NCBI GenBank assembly: GCA_965277905.1
Contig: CBDIDW010000006.1
Coordinates: 83,410 to 115,409, forward strand
DNA: 32,000 nt
Direction: 5' to 3'
From: Nakamurella sp.
GTDB lineage: Bacteria; Actinomycetota; Actinomycetes; Mycobacteriales; Nakamurellaceae
The position numbers were made by a program, and so were the translations under genes. Of this stretch, positions 8,316 to 18,226 are shown piece by piece. The notes under the pieces are model-generated. The model saw nothing but the letters and a program-made list of their open reading frames with translations. It was not told where the DNA came from and did no database searches. The first letter of the stretch is position 1, and each line of letters opens with the position of its first letter.

Positions 8316-8524
8316 GCCACAACCGCCTTTTGCTCGAGGAATCTGCGACGACCCGCCACGGTCGCGGCCGGTCACATTCCGGCAGCGCCGGTGCCACCGC
8401 GAACCGTCCCGAAGGGACGCCGTCGTCAGACTACCGACGGGCGCGTTGCCCCGCGGTGAGCGAAACACTGACCGCGCACAGCGCGCGGCCGGTGCCCGAG
8501 CGCCGACGGGATCGAGCCCGGGGC

Positions 8525-9502
8525 TCACCGATCGAGGTAGCGACCGATGACCGAATCGAAGTCCGCGTCCGGGGCGAGACCCAAGGCGGAAGCCCGAGCT
8601 GTGCGGAAACGCGAGGGCCAGCTCGTCACGATCGCGCCGATGGCGGGGTCGGTGTGCAGGTCGACCAACGCGCTCAGATCTTCGCCGGACACCCGATCGA
8701 GCGCGGCCAGCATTTCGGCCGGCGTCGTCGACAACGCGGGCAGGTTCATGGCGCTGGTACTTCCCCACTGTTCGTCGCCCAGGGCCGCCGCCAGCAGGAT
8801 GCCGTCCAGAGTGCGCGCCGGCGACGACAGGGCAATCGGGGTGTCCAGCGGCACCGGGCAGGTGGCCCGCTGTCCGGCCAGCGGTTCTCTGATGATCGAG
8901 GACACGAAGCCCGACGCCGCCGCATTCGGTGCGCCGGGTCGCACGGCGACGGTCATCAGCCGCACCGAGCGGCCGCGGAGAAACCCCTTGCGGGCGTAAT
9001 CCGCGACCAATTGTTCACCGATGAACTTCTGGGTGCCATAGCTGCTCTGCGGTCGCGGGAGGGTGTCGTCGTCGACCGGGCCGAGGGCGGCCAGGGCCGG
9101 ATCGGTGCCGAAGACGGCCAGCGAACTCGTGAAGACCAGCACCGGGCTGGTCCCCCAGCCCCGCAGCGCGTCCAGGGTGCTGCGCAGGCCGTCGACATTG
9201 ACGCGCAGGCCCAGGTCGAAATCCGATTCGGCCGCCGAACTGACCACGCCGGCCAGGTGGAAGACGACGTCCACTGGGGGCAGGTCGGCCATGATCCGCG
9301 CCAGGTCGCCGGCGACTGATCGCACCCGGGGGTCAGCGGCCAGGTCCGAGGGTGGGGCGACGAGGTCGACCAGCAGTAGCTCGGAGATCTCCCGCGCCGG
9401 CGCCCCGCCGATACCGAGCACGCCGGCGAACAGGATGCGTCGGGCCAGGAGGGCGCCCAGAAACCCGCTGCCGCCGGTGATGGCTACCCTCGCCCCGGTC
9501 AT
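8525..9502 (-). CDS. NAD-dependent epimerase/dehydratase (extended SDR) family protein
   Basis: MTGARVAITGGSGFLGALLARR is a Rossmann TGGxGxxG motif, and the YGTQK catalytic YxxxK motif is present. The ATG at 9502 overlaps the upstream gene stop (ATGA). It may be D-erythronate-dehydrogenase-like, but I cannot verify that. Confidence 0.85.
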   Translation of the reverse strand: MTGARVAITGGSGFLGALLARRILFAGVLGIGGAPAREISELLLVDLVAPPSDLAADPRVRSVAGDLARIMADLPPVDVVFHLAGVVSSAAESDFDLGLRVNVDGLRSTLDALRGWGTSPVLVFTSSLAVFGTDPALAALGPVDDDTLPRPQSSYGTQKFIGEQLVADYARKGFLRGRSVRLMTVAVRPGAPNAAASGFVSSIIREPLAGQRATCPVPLDTPIALSSPARTLDGILLAAALGDEQWGSTSAMNLPALSTTPAEMLAALDRVSGEDLSALVDLHTDPAIGAIVTSWPSRFRTARASALGLAPDADFDSVIGRYLDR

Positions 9503-10584
9503 GCCCCGGACCTCCAGGGGGCGTCCTGCGTAGTGACCGCGGCCCCGCTGGTGATCGACTCCTCGATGGCCAGCGCGATCAATTGGTCGTGACAGGCCTG
9601 GGCCAATGGGTAGGGGGCGGGCTCTTCGCCGCGCACCCACCGGGCCGTGTTCCGCAGGATGGTGGCGATGGCGATCTCCTCGTCCATCAGGCGCCGGCCG
9701 AAGAACGGATTGCGGTAGACCACCTCGCCCTCGAAGGCCAGCAGCTCGGTGTCGTATCCGTCGAGGTCGAGGTCGTAGCCCCGCTGCCGGCGACTGATCG
9801 CCGATCGGATGATGGTGCGCTCGCCGTGCAGGTGGACGACCGAGTCGTCGTTGATCTCGCCATGCGATCCGCGGATAACGATCCGCCGGTGACGCAGCTG
9901 GTTGTGCCACTGGTTGTCGGTGAAGTCGTATATGCCGGTGCCGGTCCCGAAGTCCAGCACCGCGATCGTGGTGCCGGCGGGCTTGGGCTCCGGATCGTCG
10001 GTCCAGCCCGCCCGGTCCAGCGGGTCGACCAGCGGGGCGGTACTCCGCACCGCGGTCACACCGACCGGATCCAGACCGGCCCCCAGGAACCCGCGCAGGA
10101 GCGAGACGGCGTGATAGTCATGGGTGGACGACACCTGCACCGAGGTGACCTCGCCGATGGTGCCGCGAGCGATCACCGCGGCCCGAGCCGCGTGCCCGGG
10201 CAACAGCAGGTACTGCTCGGCGATCTGGACCAGGCCACCGGCCCCGACCTCCCGCCACAGATTCATCAGGCCCTCGACATCGAGCGCGGGTGGAGTCTCG
10301 GCGAGCACGTGGTGGCCCCGGGCCACCGCCGCCTGGATGACCTCCGCATTCACCGCTCCGGGCACCGCCACGACGACCAGGTCAGGACGAGCTTGCCGAC
10401 ACAATTCCTCCACCGTGGCGTAGGCCGTGATGGCGAAGGCCTTGGCCAGTTCGGCCGCCGTCTCCGGTCGGCGGACCGCCACACCGACGAGCTCGACGTC
10501 CTCGGGCAGGGCGTGGGTCAGATCAGCGAAGAAGCGGGCTCGCCAGCCCCCGCCGACGATGCCCACCGAGATCGGCTTCGGCAT
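9499..10584 (-). CDS. Gfo/Idh/MocA family oxidoreductase
   Basis: The ATG at 10584 has AAGGAAG upstream. The N-terminal Rossmann fold is MPKPISVGIVGGGWRARFF...VLAETPPA. The gene is translationally coupled to the downstream epimerase. Confidence 0.85.
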   Translation of the reverse strand: MPKPISVGIVGGGWRARFFADLTHALPEDVELVGVAVRRPETAAELAKAFAITAYATVEELCRQARPDLVVVAVPGAVNAEVIQAAVARGHHVLAETPPALDVEGLMNLWREVGAGGLVQIAEQYLLLPGHAARAAVIARGTIGEVTSVQVSSTHDYHAVSLLRGFLGAGLDPVGVTAVRSTAPLVDPLDRAGWTDDPEPKPAGTTIAVLDFGTGTGIYDFTDNQWHNQLRHRRIVIRGSHGEINDDSVVHLHGERTIIRSAISRRQRGYDLDLDGYDTELLAFEGEVVYRNPFFGRRLMDEEIAIATILRNTARWVRGEEPAPYPLAQACHDQLIALAIEESITSGAAVTTQDAPWRSGA

Positions 10585-10636
10585 GGGTCTTCCTTGTCCG
10601 CCTTGCGTCACCGGGCCGGCGTTGATCCCGCGCCGG

Positions 10637-10858
10637 TCAACGGAACAGGCGTCGCACAATCCCAGCGACGGCCAGCACACCCACACCGACCAGGGCCGCC
10701 CTGACCTTGGGGTCGGCCAACGTGGAGCGCAGGGTGACCTTGCCCCGTTCGACCACCCGCTTGGGGTTCGCGCGATACGTGAGCTGGTCGACCGTCACGG
10801 CCAAGGCGTCCCGGGCGCGCTCGATCTCGGCCTGGATGGTGTCCGGATCGCGCGCCAC
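10637..10858 (-). CDS. DUF3618 domain-containing small protein with a C-terminal TM helix
   Basis: GTG start with GGAGG upstream. The segment IQAEIERARDALAVTVDQLTYRANPKRVV matches the DUF3618 pattern as I remember it. The C-terminus ALVGVGVLAVAGIVRRLF is hydrophobic. Confidence 0.7.
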   Translation of the reverse strand: MARDPDTIQAEIERARDALAVTVDQLTYRANPKRVVERGKVTLRSTLADPKVRAALVGVGVLAVAGIVRRLFR

Positions 10859-10933
10859 AAAAGCCTCCTACGGGCCCAGGTCGCGGTGAGCGACCCGGAG
10901 CGACGGGTGTCGAGCGGTCTTTACCCTAGTGCC

Positions 10934-11407
10934 ATGACCGATACACCTCCCCAGGTGGGCGACGTGGCGCCGACATTCACCCTCCCCGATGCCCGTGGGG
11001 CGCCGGTGAGCCTGGCCGATTACCGGGGCCGGCCGGTCGTCGTGTACTTCTATCCGGCGGCCATGACCCCCGGCTGCACCACCCAGGCCTGTGATTTCAC
11101 CGCGGCCAAGCCGGCCCTGGACACCGCGGGATACACGGTCATCGGGATCTCGCCCGACCCACCCGGCAAGCTGGCCCGGTTCGCCGAGTCCAGCGCGCTG
11201 GACGTGATGCTGTTGTCCGACGCCGATCGCTCGGTGCTGACGGCGTACGGGGCGTACGGGGAGAAGAAGAACTATGGCAAAACCGTGCAGGGCGTGATCC
11301 GGTCGACCTTCGTGATCGGCCCGGACGGCGTCGTCACGCAGGCGTGGCGCAACGTGAAGGCCACCGGACACGTCGCCCGGGTCCTTGACGCGCTGGGCCT
11401 CGGCTGA
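10934..11407 (+). CDS. bcp: thioredoxin-dependent thiol peroxidase (peroxiredoxin Bcp)
   Basis: The segment VGDVAPTFTLPDARGAPVSLADYRGRPVVVYFYPAAMTPGCTTQACDF contains the Bcp/PrxQ active-site motif PGCTxxxC. Confidence 0.92.
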   Translation: MTDTPPQVGDVAPTFTLPDARGAPVSLADYRGRPVVVYFYPAAMTPGCTTQACDFTAAKPALDTAGYTVIGISPDPPGKLARFAESSALDVMLLSDADRSVLTAYGAYGEKKNYGKTVQGVIRSTFVIGPDGVVTQAWRNVKATGHVARVLDALGLG

Positions 11408-11429
11408 GCCAGTACGCTCCGGAAATCTC

Positions 11430-11503
11430 GGGGCCGTAGCCCAATTGGCAGAGGCACACGGTTTAGGTCCGTGCCAGTGTGGGTTCGAGTCCCACCGGCC
11501 CCA
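11430..11503 (+). tRNA. tRNA with anticodon TAG (nominally Leu/CUA) but a class I architecture with a 5-nt variable loop; isotype uncertain
   Basis: The sequence is GGGGCCGTAGCCCAATTGGCAGAGGCACACGGTTTAGGTCCGTGCCAGTGTGGGTTCGAGTCCCACCGGCCCCA. The stems are perfect: acceptor 7 bp (GGGGCCG/CGGCCCC), anticodon CACGG/CCGTG and T GTGGG/CCCAC, with T-loop TTCGAGT. The anticodon loop is TTTAGGT, giving anticodon TAG at 11464-11466 and G37. A73 is present, and the D stem has 3 bp (GCC/GGC). Confidence 0.8.
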
Positions 11504-11538
11504 CGTTCGCAGGTCGTACGGAACCGTGCAGGAGCCCG

Positions 11539-12429
11539 ATGCAGGACGTCGCCGCACCGAAGCGGTCGGGGTACCGGGTCCGCCTGATCGCGTTGACCTC
11601 GGCCGTGGCCGACGCCGATCCGGCCCAGGTGCAGGCCGCGGCGCAGCGGTTCGGGAGCTCGCGACGCTATCTGGCTCCGGTCGGCTGGGCGGCCGGCACC
11701 CTGGTGCTGCTGCTCCGCGGCGTGAAGATGTTGATTCTGAACTGGCGGCTGCTGCTGATCCAACTGGTTCCGGCGGCGTGGATCTGGATCACGATGTACG
11801 ACCTGAAGCAGCACGGGCTGCGCGGCGCACCCTTCCGGGAGCTGCATCTGGGGTCGGTCCTCGCGGTTTCCGCGCTGGCCATCGGCTGGTCCATGGCGGC
11901 GTTCTGGTGCAACACGGTGTTCGCCTACGCGATCGACGGCCCGCCCCCGCCGTTGATCCGACCCGCGGTCCGCCGAACCAACCGGCGGCTGGGAACAATC
12001 GCCGTCGCCGGCGCCGTCGTCGGTGCCCTGTTGGCCACCGCCACCGCCGTCATCCCCCGGCTGGACAGCTACTGGCTCTTCGTCCTCGCCCTCGGCGCCG
12101 TGCTGGGGGTCATGTTCCTGAGCTTCGTTGGCGTACCGGCGCACATCATCGGCCGGCGCACGCGCAAGCTCCCCCGCCACGAGGCCATCGGCCGCACGGT
12201 CACCGGCTGGGGGGTCAGCGCCGTGGCCATGCTTCCGGGCATCGTCCTGGACCGCCTCGGGCTCATCATGATCGGAGCTCCAGGCCTGCACGTGCTGGGG
12301 TTTGTCGTGTTGACCGCCGGCGCCGGCCTCTATGCCGCCGGGATGTCGACCGTCAAGGCGGTCAAGATCAGCATCCAACTCGGACGCGAGCCCGAAAGTG
12401 CCGCCGAGCCTCCCGGTTCGCGGAAATGA
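11539..12429 (+). CDS. hypothetical integral membrane protein (296 aa, about 6 TM helices)
   Basis: The ATG at 11539 follows GGAG and lies downstream of the tRNA; the track start at 11479 would overlap the tRNA. There are multiple hydrophobic helices. I recognise no family. Confidence 0.7.
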   Translation: MQDVAAPKRSGYRVRLIALTSAVADADPAQVQAAAQRFGSSRRYLAPVGWAAGTLVLLLRGVKMLILNWRLLLIQLVPAAWIWITMYDLKQHGLRGAPFRELHLGSVLAVSALAIGWSMAAFWCNTVFAYAIDGPPPPLIRPAVRRTNRRLGTIAVAGAVVGALLATATAVIPRLDSYWLFVLALGAVLGVMFLSFVGVPAHIIGRRTRKLPRHEAIGRTVTGWGVSAVAMLPGIVLDRLGLIMIGAPGLHVLGFVVLTAGAGLYAAGMSTVKAVKISIQLGREPESAAEPPGSRK

Positions 12430-12562
12430 CGGAGCATCGGCACATCGATCCCTGATCACGCCCGACACCGGCTCTTCTTCCCCGACCGACGCGTAGCGGT
12501 CCGTTAGATTGCGGTCAGGTCGTCCCGTCCCGGCCCCCGGCGGGCCAGTCGAGAGGTATCCC

Positions 12563-13537
12563 ATGACCGAATCCGCACCGCATCCGGACCGTCCTGGCGA
12601 CGAGGTGGGTGACTCGACCCAGATGTGGACTCCGGACGCGGAGGAGACCCGGACCATCACGGCGGCGGATCTGCAGGCCGCCCGCTCGTCCGGCGCCAAC
12701 CCCGACGATCCGCCGCGAGGGGGCTCGTCGAGCGAGGCCGCGCCCGCCTTCGGGCCCTACAGCGGAGCGACTCCGGAGGTCCACGCCGAAGCCGCGTCCG
12801 GCGCTCGCCCGATGATTCCCGACCCGTCCGCCGCGTCGTCGCATCCCTCCGGCGGGTACGGCGCACCCGCCTATTCGTCCGACGCGACCGCGATCTACAC
12901 CCCGGTCACCGCGGAACAGCCCTATGCCCCGACCACCGGGGCCCAGACCTACGCGCCGCCGACCGGCGGCCAGGCGTACCCACCGGTCGGAGCGCCGCCT
13001 TATGCTCCGGCCGCACCGCCTCCGGTCTACGGCACACCGGCCGTGCCGGTGGTCCTGGTGCCGCCCCCGGGGGCCGGCCCGGCGCCCGCCGGCTCCCGGG
13101 CCACCGCCGGTCTGATCAGCGCCATCCTTGGCCTCGTCCTCGCGGCGGCGGGCTGCTACCTGCTGTTTCGGTTCGGATACGAGGTCGTCGTCCTTCGTGC
13201 GAACGCGTCGGGTACGACGTCCGTCCTGACCGTGCGATTGAGCCTGGCCGGCGGCGGCATCGTGCTGCTCGCCGCGGCCGCGGTCCTGAATGCCTGGTCG
13301 GCCTGGGCCACCGTGCTCCCGGGCGTGGTGCTGACCGGGCTCGGCATCTGGGGTTATCTGTCCGAGGGCGGTGCTGTCCGCATTGATTCCTGGTCGCGCT
13401 GGTTGTTCAAGCACCAGGAAACGCTGAGCTGGAACACCATTGGCGGCACTGCGCTCATCGGACTGCTGCTGCTGGCCGCCAGCCTGGCCGCGGCCATCGC
13501 CCGGTCGGCCGGCAAGCGGGCAGCGAGCCGGGTCTAG
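12563..13537 (+). CDS. hypothetical membrane protein with a Pro/Ala/Tyr-rich N-terminal region and 4 C-terminal TM helices
   Basis: The ATG at 12563 has GAGAGG upstream. The N-terminal part is low-complexity (YAPTTGAQTYAPPTGGQAYPPVGAPPYAPAAPPPVYGTP). The hydrophobic C-terminal half begins at GLISAILGLVLAAAGCYLLF. Confidence 0.7.
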   Translation: MTESAPHPDRPGDEVGDSTQMWTPDAEETRTITAADLQAARSSGANPDDPPRGGSSSEAAPAFGPYSGATPEVHAEAASGARPMIPDPSAASSHPSGGYGAPAYSSDATAIYTPVTAEQPYAPTTGAQTYAPPTGGQAYPPVGAPPYAPAAPPPVYGTPAVPVVLVPPPGAGPAPAGSRATAGLISAILGLVLAAAGCYLLFRFGYEVVVLRANASGTTSVLTVRLSLAGGGIVLLAAAAVLNAWSAWATVLPGVVLTGLGIWGYLSEGGAVRIDSWSRWLFKHQETLSWNTIGGTALIGLLLLAASLAAAIARSAGKRAASRV

Positions 13538-14139
13538 CCCTCGCCCGCCAAAACCTGCTGCAGGGTCGGCAACATGGCCTGCAACGCGAGGCCGCGATGT
13601 GACCGGCGGTCCTTCTCGGCCGGGTCGAGCTCGGCCGACGAACGGCCCGGCGTGTCGTCCGGCTCGAACACCGGGTCGTAGCCGAAACCGTTGTCACCGC
13701 GGGGTTCTCGGAGGATCCGACCGCGCCACTCGCCCCGGGTCAGGAGGGTGGAACCGTCCGGGCCGGTCAGCGCGAGCGCGCACACGAAAGCACCACCGCG
13801 GCGCTCGTCGGGGACATCGGTCAGCTGGGCCAGCAGCAGCCGGTAGTTCTCCAGGTCGGCCCCGTGCCGCCCCGACCAGCGGGCGGACAGCACGCCGGGC
13901 ATGCCGTTGAGCGCGTCAACGGCCAACCCGGAGTCGTCGGCCAGGCTCCACAAACCGGTCTCGGCCGCCGCCTGCACCGCCTTGACCTGGGCGTTCTCCT
14001 CGAACGTGGCCCCGGTCTCGGGCAGTTCAGCGAACGTCGCAATATCGTCCAGCCCGATCACCTGGATCTGCTCGCCGGCCATTCGGCGCAGCTCACCGAG
14101 CTTCTTCGCGTTCCGGGTGGCCAGCAGCAGCGTTCTCAC
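13534..14139 (-). CDS. rdgB: non-canonical purine NTP pyrophosphatase (dITP/XTP diphosphatase, RdgB/HAM1 family)
   Basis: Family motifs are present: [32 protein letters not shown] and GFGYDPVF. The GTG start overlaps the rph stop (GTGA). Confidence 0.92.
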   Translation of the reverse strand: MRTLLLATRNAKKLGELRRMAGEQIQVIGLDDIATFAELPETGATFEENAQVKAVQAAAETGLWSLADDSGLAVDALNGMPGVLSARWSGRHGADLENYRLLLAQLTDVPDERRGGAFVCALALTGPDGSTLLTRGEWRGRILREPRGDNGFGYDPVFEPDDTPGRSSAELDPAEKDRRSHRGLALQAMLPTLQQVLAGEG

Positions 14140-14873
14140 GCGGTCGGCAGCGGCTGCGCCAATGCTTCCCGCTGCAGCCGAGCCAGGTCGGTGATCCCGG
14201 CCAGCGCGCTGTCGAGCATGGCGTCCAGCGTGCTCCGGGCGAAGGTCGCGCCCTCGCCGGTGCCCTGGACCTCGACCAGGGTGCCGGTGTCGGTGGCCAC
14301 CACGTTCATGTCCACCTCGGCCCGGGAGTCCTCCTCATAGGGCAGGTCCAGCCGCACCTTGCCGCCCACCACCCCGACCGAGACCGCGGCGATCTGGCAG
14401 GACAACGGTTGCGGGTCGGTCAGCGCACCCAGCTTGCGCAGATGCGCCACCGCGTCGGCCAGCGCCACCCAGGCGCCGGTGATGGCGGCGGTCCGGGTGC
14501 CGCCGTCGGCCTGGAGCACGTCGCAGTCGACGGCGATGGTGTTCTCCCCCAGGGCGGCCAGGTCGACACAGACGCGGAGTGAGCGCCCGATGAGCCGGGA
14601 GATTTCGTGGGTGCGGCCGCCGACGCGACCCTTCACCGACTCGCGGTCGCTACGTTCGTGGGTGGACGAAGGCAGCATCGCGTATTCCGCGGTCAACCAG
14701 CCCAGACCACTGCCCTTGCGCCACCGGGGCACTCCCTGGGTGGCCGAGGCAGCGCAGAGCACCTTGGTCGCCCCGTATTCGACCAGCACCGATCCGGCCG
14801 GATGCTGCTGGAAACCGCGGGTGAAGCGAATGGGGCGGAGTTGGTCGTCGGCGCGCCCGTCGAGTCTGGCCAT
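14136..14873 (-). CDS. rph: ribonuclease PH
   Basis: Sequence begins [43 protein letters not shown] and includes [16 protein letters not shown] and [20 protein letters not shown] chose the ATG at 14873; the track extension to 15086 overlaps murI. Confidence 0.93.
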   Translation of the reverse strand: MARLDGRADDQLRPIRFTRGFQQHPAGSVLVEYGATKVLCAASATQGVPRWRKGSGLGWLTAEYAMLPSSTHERSDRESVKGRVGGRTHEISRLIGRSLRVCVDLAALGENTIAVDCDVLQADGGTRTAAITGAWVALADAVAHLRKLGALTDPQPLSCQIAAVSVGVVGGKVRLDLPYEEDSRAEVDMNVVATDTGTLVEVQGTGEGATFARSTLDAMLDSALAGITDLARLQREALAQPLPTA

Positions 14874-14904
14874 GCCTGTCAACCTATCGGCGCCGACGCG
14901 GGCG

Positions 14905-15723
14905 TCATGCACCTGCTCCCACCGCGGCGTCGATTTCGGGCCCGAGGAAGCGGCGCCCGAGCCGGGCGAACGGCTCCGGATCCCCGGTGGCCAGAAATTC
15001 ATGCTGGACCGGCTCGGTGGTCGGCTCGGCCAGCAGGTCGAGCTCGGTGAGCCGGCGATACACGTCCTTCGCCGTCTCCTCAGCACTGGACACCAGGGTC
15101 ACCTCATCGCCGAGCACAAGCTGGAGCACGCCGGTGAGCAGCGGATAGTGGGTACAGCCCAACACCAACGTGTCGATGTCGGCGGCCTGCAGCGGCTCCA
15201 GGTAGGCGCGGGTCAGGCCGAGGACCTGTCGCCCCGAGGTGATCCCCCGCTCGACGAAGTCGACGAACGACGGGCAGGCGGCGGTCGTCACGGTGACGTC
15301 GCGGGCGGCGTCGAAGGCGTCCTGGTAGGCGCCGGAGGCGATGGTGGCGGAAGTGCCGATGACCCCGATCCGCCCCGACCGGGTGGCCGCCACCGCCCTC
15401 CGCACGGCCGGCCGGATGACCTCGATGACCGGGATCGCGTAGCGCTCGCGGGCATCGGCCAGGCAGGCCGCCGACGCGGTGTTGCACGCGATCACGAGCA
15501 GCTTCACCCCCGAGTCGACGAGCCGGTCGGCGATTGCCAAGGCGTGCTCGCGGACCTGCGCCAGCGGCAGCGGCCCGTAGGGCCCGTTGTGGGTATCGCC
15601 CACGTAGCGCACCCGCTCGTGCGGCAGCTGATCGATGACGGCCCGGGCCACCGTGAGGCCGCCGACGCCGGAGTCGAAGATCCCGATGGGGGCGTCAGAG
15701 TTGAGCGAGTTCACTGAGTTCAC
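14905..15723 (-). CDS. murI: glutamate racemase
   Basis: Family motifs are present: [23 protein letters not shown] and LGCTHYPLL. The GTG start at 15723 overlaps the rhomboid stop (GTGA); an alternative GTG lies at 15714. Confidence 0.9.
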   Translation of the reverse strand: MNSVNSLNSDAPIGIFDSGVGGLTVARAVIDQLPHERVRYVGDTHNGPYGPLPLAQVREHALAIADRLVDSGVKLLVIACNTASAACLADARERYAIPVIEVIRPAVRRAVAATRSGRIGVIGTSATIASGAYQDAFDAARDVTVTTAACPSFVDFVERGITSGRQVLGLTRAYLEPLQAADIDTLVLGCTHYPLLTGVLQLVLGDEVTLVSSAEETAKDVYRRLTELDLLAEPTTEPVQHEFLATGDPEPFARLGRRFLGPEIDAAVGAGA

Positions 15724-16430
15724 TTGGGCAGCGCGGGCATCCCGGACGACGCGATGGCCGGCTTCTTGGGTTGCGCGAGTCGCGCCACCACGAACGCGGC
15801 CAGCACCCCGGCGGCGGCACCGAACAGATGCCCCTGCCAGGAGACCGTGCTGGCACCGGCCCCGACCGCCACCTTGATGATGCCGGTCCAGAACAGCCCG
15901 CCCCAGATGAGGAACAGGATCACTCCGATGACGATCTGGCCGACATTGCGACTGAAGATGCCGCGGGAGAGCAGGAAGGTCAACCAGCCGAAGACCAGCG
16001 CGGACGCGCCCACGGTGACCGTGTCGGACGGACCCAGCAGCCACACCCCGACCCCGGACAGTACCCAGACCAGCACGGTGACCAGCACGAACTGCCGGAC
16101 GCCGCCGATCAGGACGAGGAAGCCGAAAATGATCAAGGGGATCAGGTTGGACAGCAGGTGACCCCAGGAGGCGTGCAACAGTGGCGCCGCCAGGATCCCG
16201 TCCAGGCCCGACACCTGCCGTGACACGATGCCGAACTCGGGGTTCAGCCGGTACCTCATCAGGAAGTTGACCAGCTGCACGACGACCATGACCAGTCCGA
16301 AGCTGCCGACGGTGATTGCAGCCACGACCGGCGACACGGCCTTCTCCGACCTGCGGGCGGGCGACTTCCCACCCGTGGGGACCGGCGTCAACGAGCTCAT
16401 GAACACCAGGCTAGCCAGTGCCATCGACAC
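15720..16430 (-). CDS. rhomboid family intramembrane serine protease
   Basis: Six TM helices carry [11 protein letters not shown], the catalytic-serine region GASALVFGW and the His region HLFGAAAG. The start is ambiguous (GTG 16430, ATG 16424 or ATG 16400). Confidence 0.85.
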   Translation of the reverse strand: MSMALASLVFMSSLTPVPTGGKSPARRSEKAVSPVVAAITVGSFGLVMVVVQLVNFLMRYRLNPEFGIVSRQVSGLDGILAAPLLHASWGHLLSNLIPLIIFGFLVLIGGVRQFVLVTVLVWVLSGVGVWLLGPSDTVTVGASALVFGWLTFLLSRGIFSRNVGQIVIGVILFLIWGGLFWTGIIKVAVGAGASTVSWQGHLFGAAAGVLAAFVVARLAQPKKPAIASSGMPALPK

Positions 16431-16469
16431 CGGGGTCGGGGTTCACCCCGAGCGCGCCCTGAGACCCGG

Positions 16470-17426
<957 letters not shown>

Positions 17427-17726
17427 TCAGCCTCCGGCGACGGATGCTGAATTGTCGCCTCCGGCGACGGCAGGCAGGATGGTGACCTGGTCGCCGTCGT
17501 TCAGCGCCGTCTCCAACCCGCCGGTGAAGCGGACGTCCTCGTCGTTGACGTAGATGTTCACGAAGCGGTGCAGGGCGCCGTTGCGCACCAGCCGGTCGCC
17601 GATCCCGGCGTAGCTCGAGTCCAGGTTGCTGATCACCTCGGCCAGCGTCGAACCCTGCGCGGTGACGGACTTCTCGCCCTTGGTCACCGGGCGCAGGATG
17701 GTGGGCACGGACACGGACACGCTCAT
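17427..17726 (-). CDS. cysO: sulfur-carrier protein CysO (ThiS/MoaD family) with a 9-residue C-terminal extension
   Basis: Sequence runs MSVSVSVPTILRP...HRFVNIYVNDEDVRFTGGL...VTILPAVAGG, followed by DNSASVAGG and then the stop. RBS GAGGAG lies upstream. The cysO-cysM-mec context supports the call. Confidence 0.9.
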   Translation of the reverse strand: MSVSVSVPTILRPVTKGEKSVTAQGSTLAEVISNLDSSYAGIGDRLVRNGALHRFVNIYVNDEDVRFTGGLETALNDGDQVTILPAVAGGDNSASVAGG

Positions 17727-17794
17727 CGGGAATCTCCTCGTAAGTGGGCGGCGGTCAGCCGGACTGCCGTCGCAGGTTGCAACGTCGGGCAGTG

Positions 17795-18205
17795 CTAGTC
17801 AATTTCCGTCGTGATGGATTCCTCGGTGACCTCGCCGTCGACGATGCGGTACGAGCGCACCTCGGCCCGCTCCGGGTCACGGGTGGAGACCAGCACATAG
17901 TGGGCCTGGGGCTCACCGGCGTACGACACATCGGTGCGGCTGGGATAGGCGTGCGTGGCCGTGTGCGAGTGGTAGACGACCACGACCTCCTCGTCGCGGG
18001 CATCCAGGTCCTTGTAGAGCGCGAGCTGCTCGGCCGAATCGAACCGGTAGAAGGTCGGCGAACGCTCGGCGTTGATCATCCGCACCAGCCGGGTCGGAGT
18101 GTCCGAGCCGGCCGGACCGGCGACGATCCCGCAGGCCTCGTCCGGATGGTCCGCGCGCGCGTGAGCGATCATCTCGTCCACCATGACCTGCGGAATTGTC
18201 AACAC
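17795..18205 (-). CDS. mec: JAMM/MPN+ metalloprotease (Mec-type CysO hydrolase)
   Basis: The upstream catalytic Glu lies in DEACGIV. The JAMM motif HSHTATHAYPSRTD (HxHx7Sx2D) is present. GTG start. Confidence 0.9.
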   Translation of the reverse strand: MLTIPQVMVDEMIAHARADHPDEACGIVAGPAGSDTPTRLVRMINAERSPTFYRFDSAEQLALYKDLDARDEEVVVVYHSHTATHAYPSRTDVSYAGEPQAHYVLVSTRDPERAEVRSYRIVDGEVTEESITTEID

Positions 18206-18226
18206 GAGCAGCCACCCTAATCGGGA

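Noticed and set aside
8316-8524. 209-nt untranslated region upstream of the L,D-transpeptidase gene, considered as a possible riboswitch (e.g. ydaO/cyclic-di-AMP type, which is known upstream of cell-wall genes)
   Set aside because: I found only a small hairpin (CGTCCC-GAA-GGGACG) and none of the conserved ydaO sequence blocks I can recall. A covariance-model scan (Rfam/Infernal) would be needed to settle this.
11272-12699. 475-aa minus-strand ORF covering the tRNA and a membrane-protein gene
   Set aside because: It runs antisense through a tRNA and a well-formed membrane-protein gene and has an Arg/Pro/Gly/Asp-rich low-complexity composition, so I treat it as an artefact.
13534-13537. Convergent genes sharing a CTAG tetranucleotide as overlapping stop codons (seen again at 23039-23042)
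   Set aside because: This is a common consequence of compact high-GC genomes in which TAG reads as a stop on both strands. There is no evidence of regulatory meaning.
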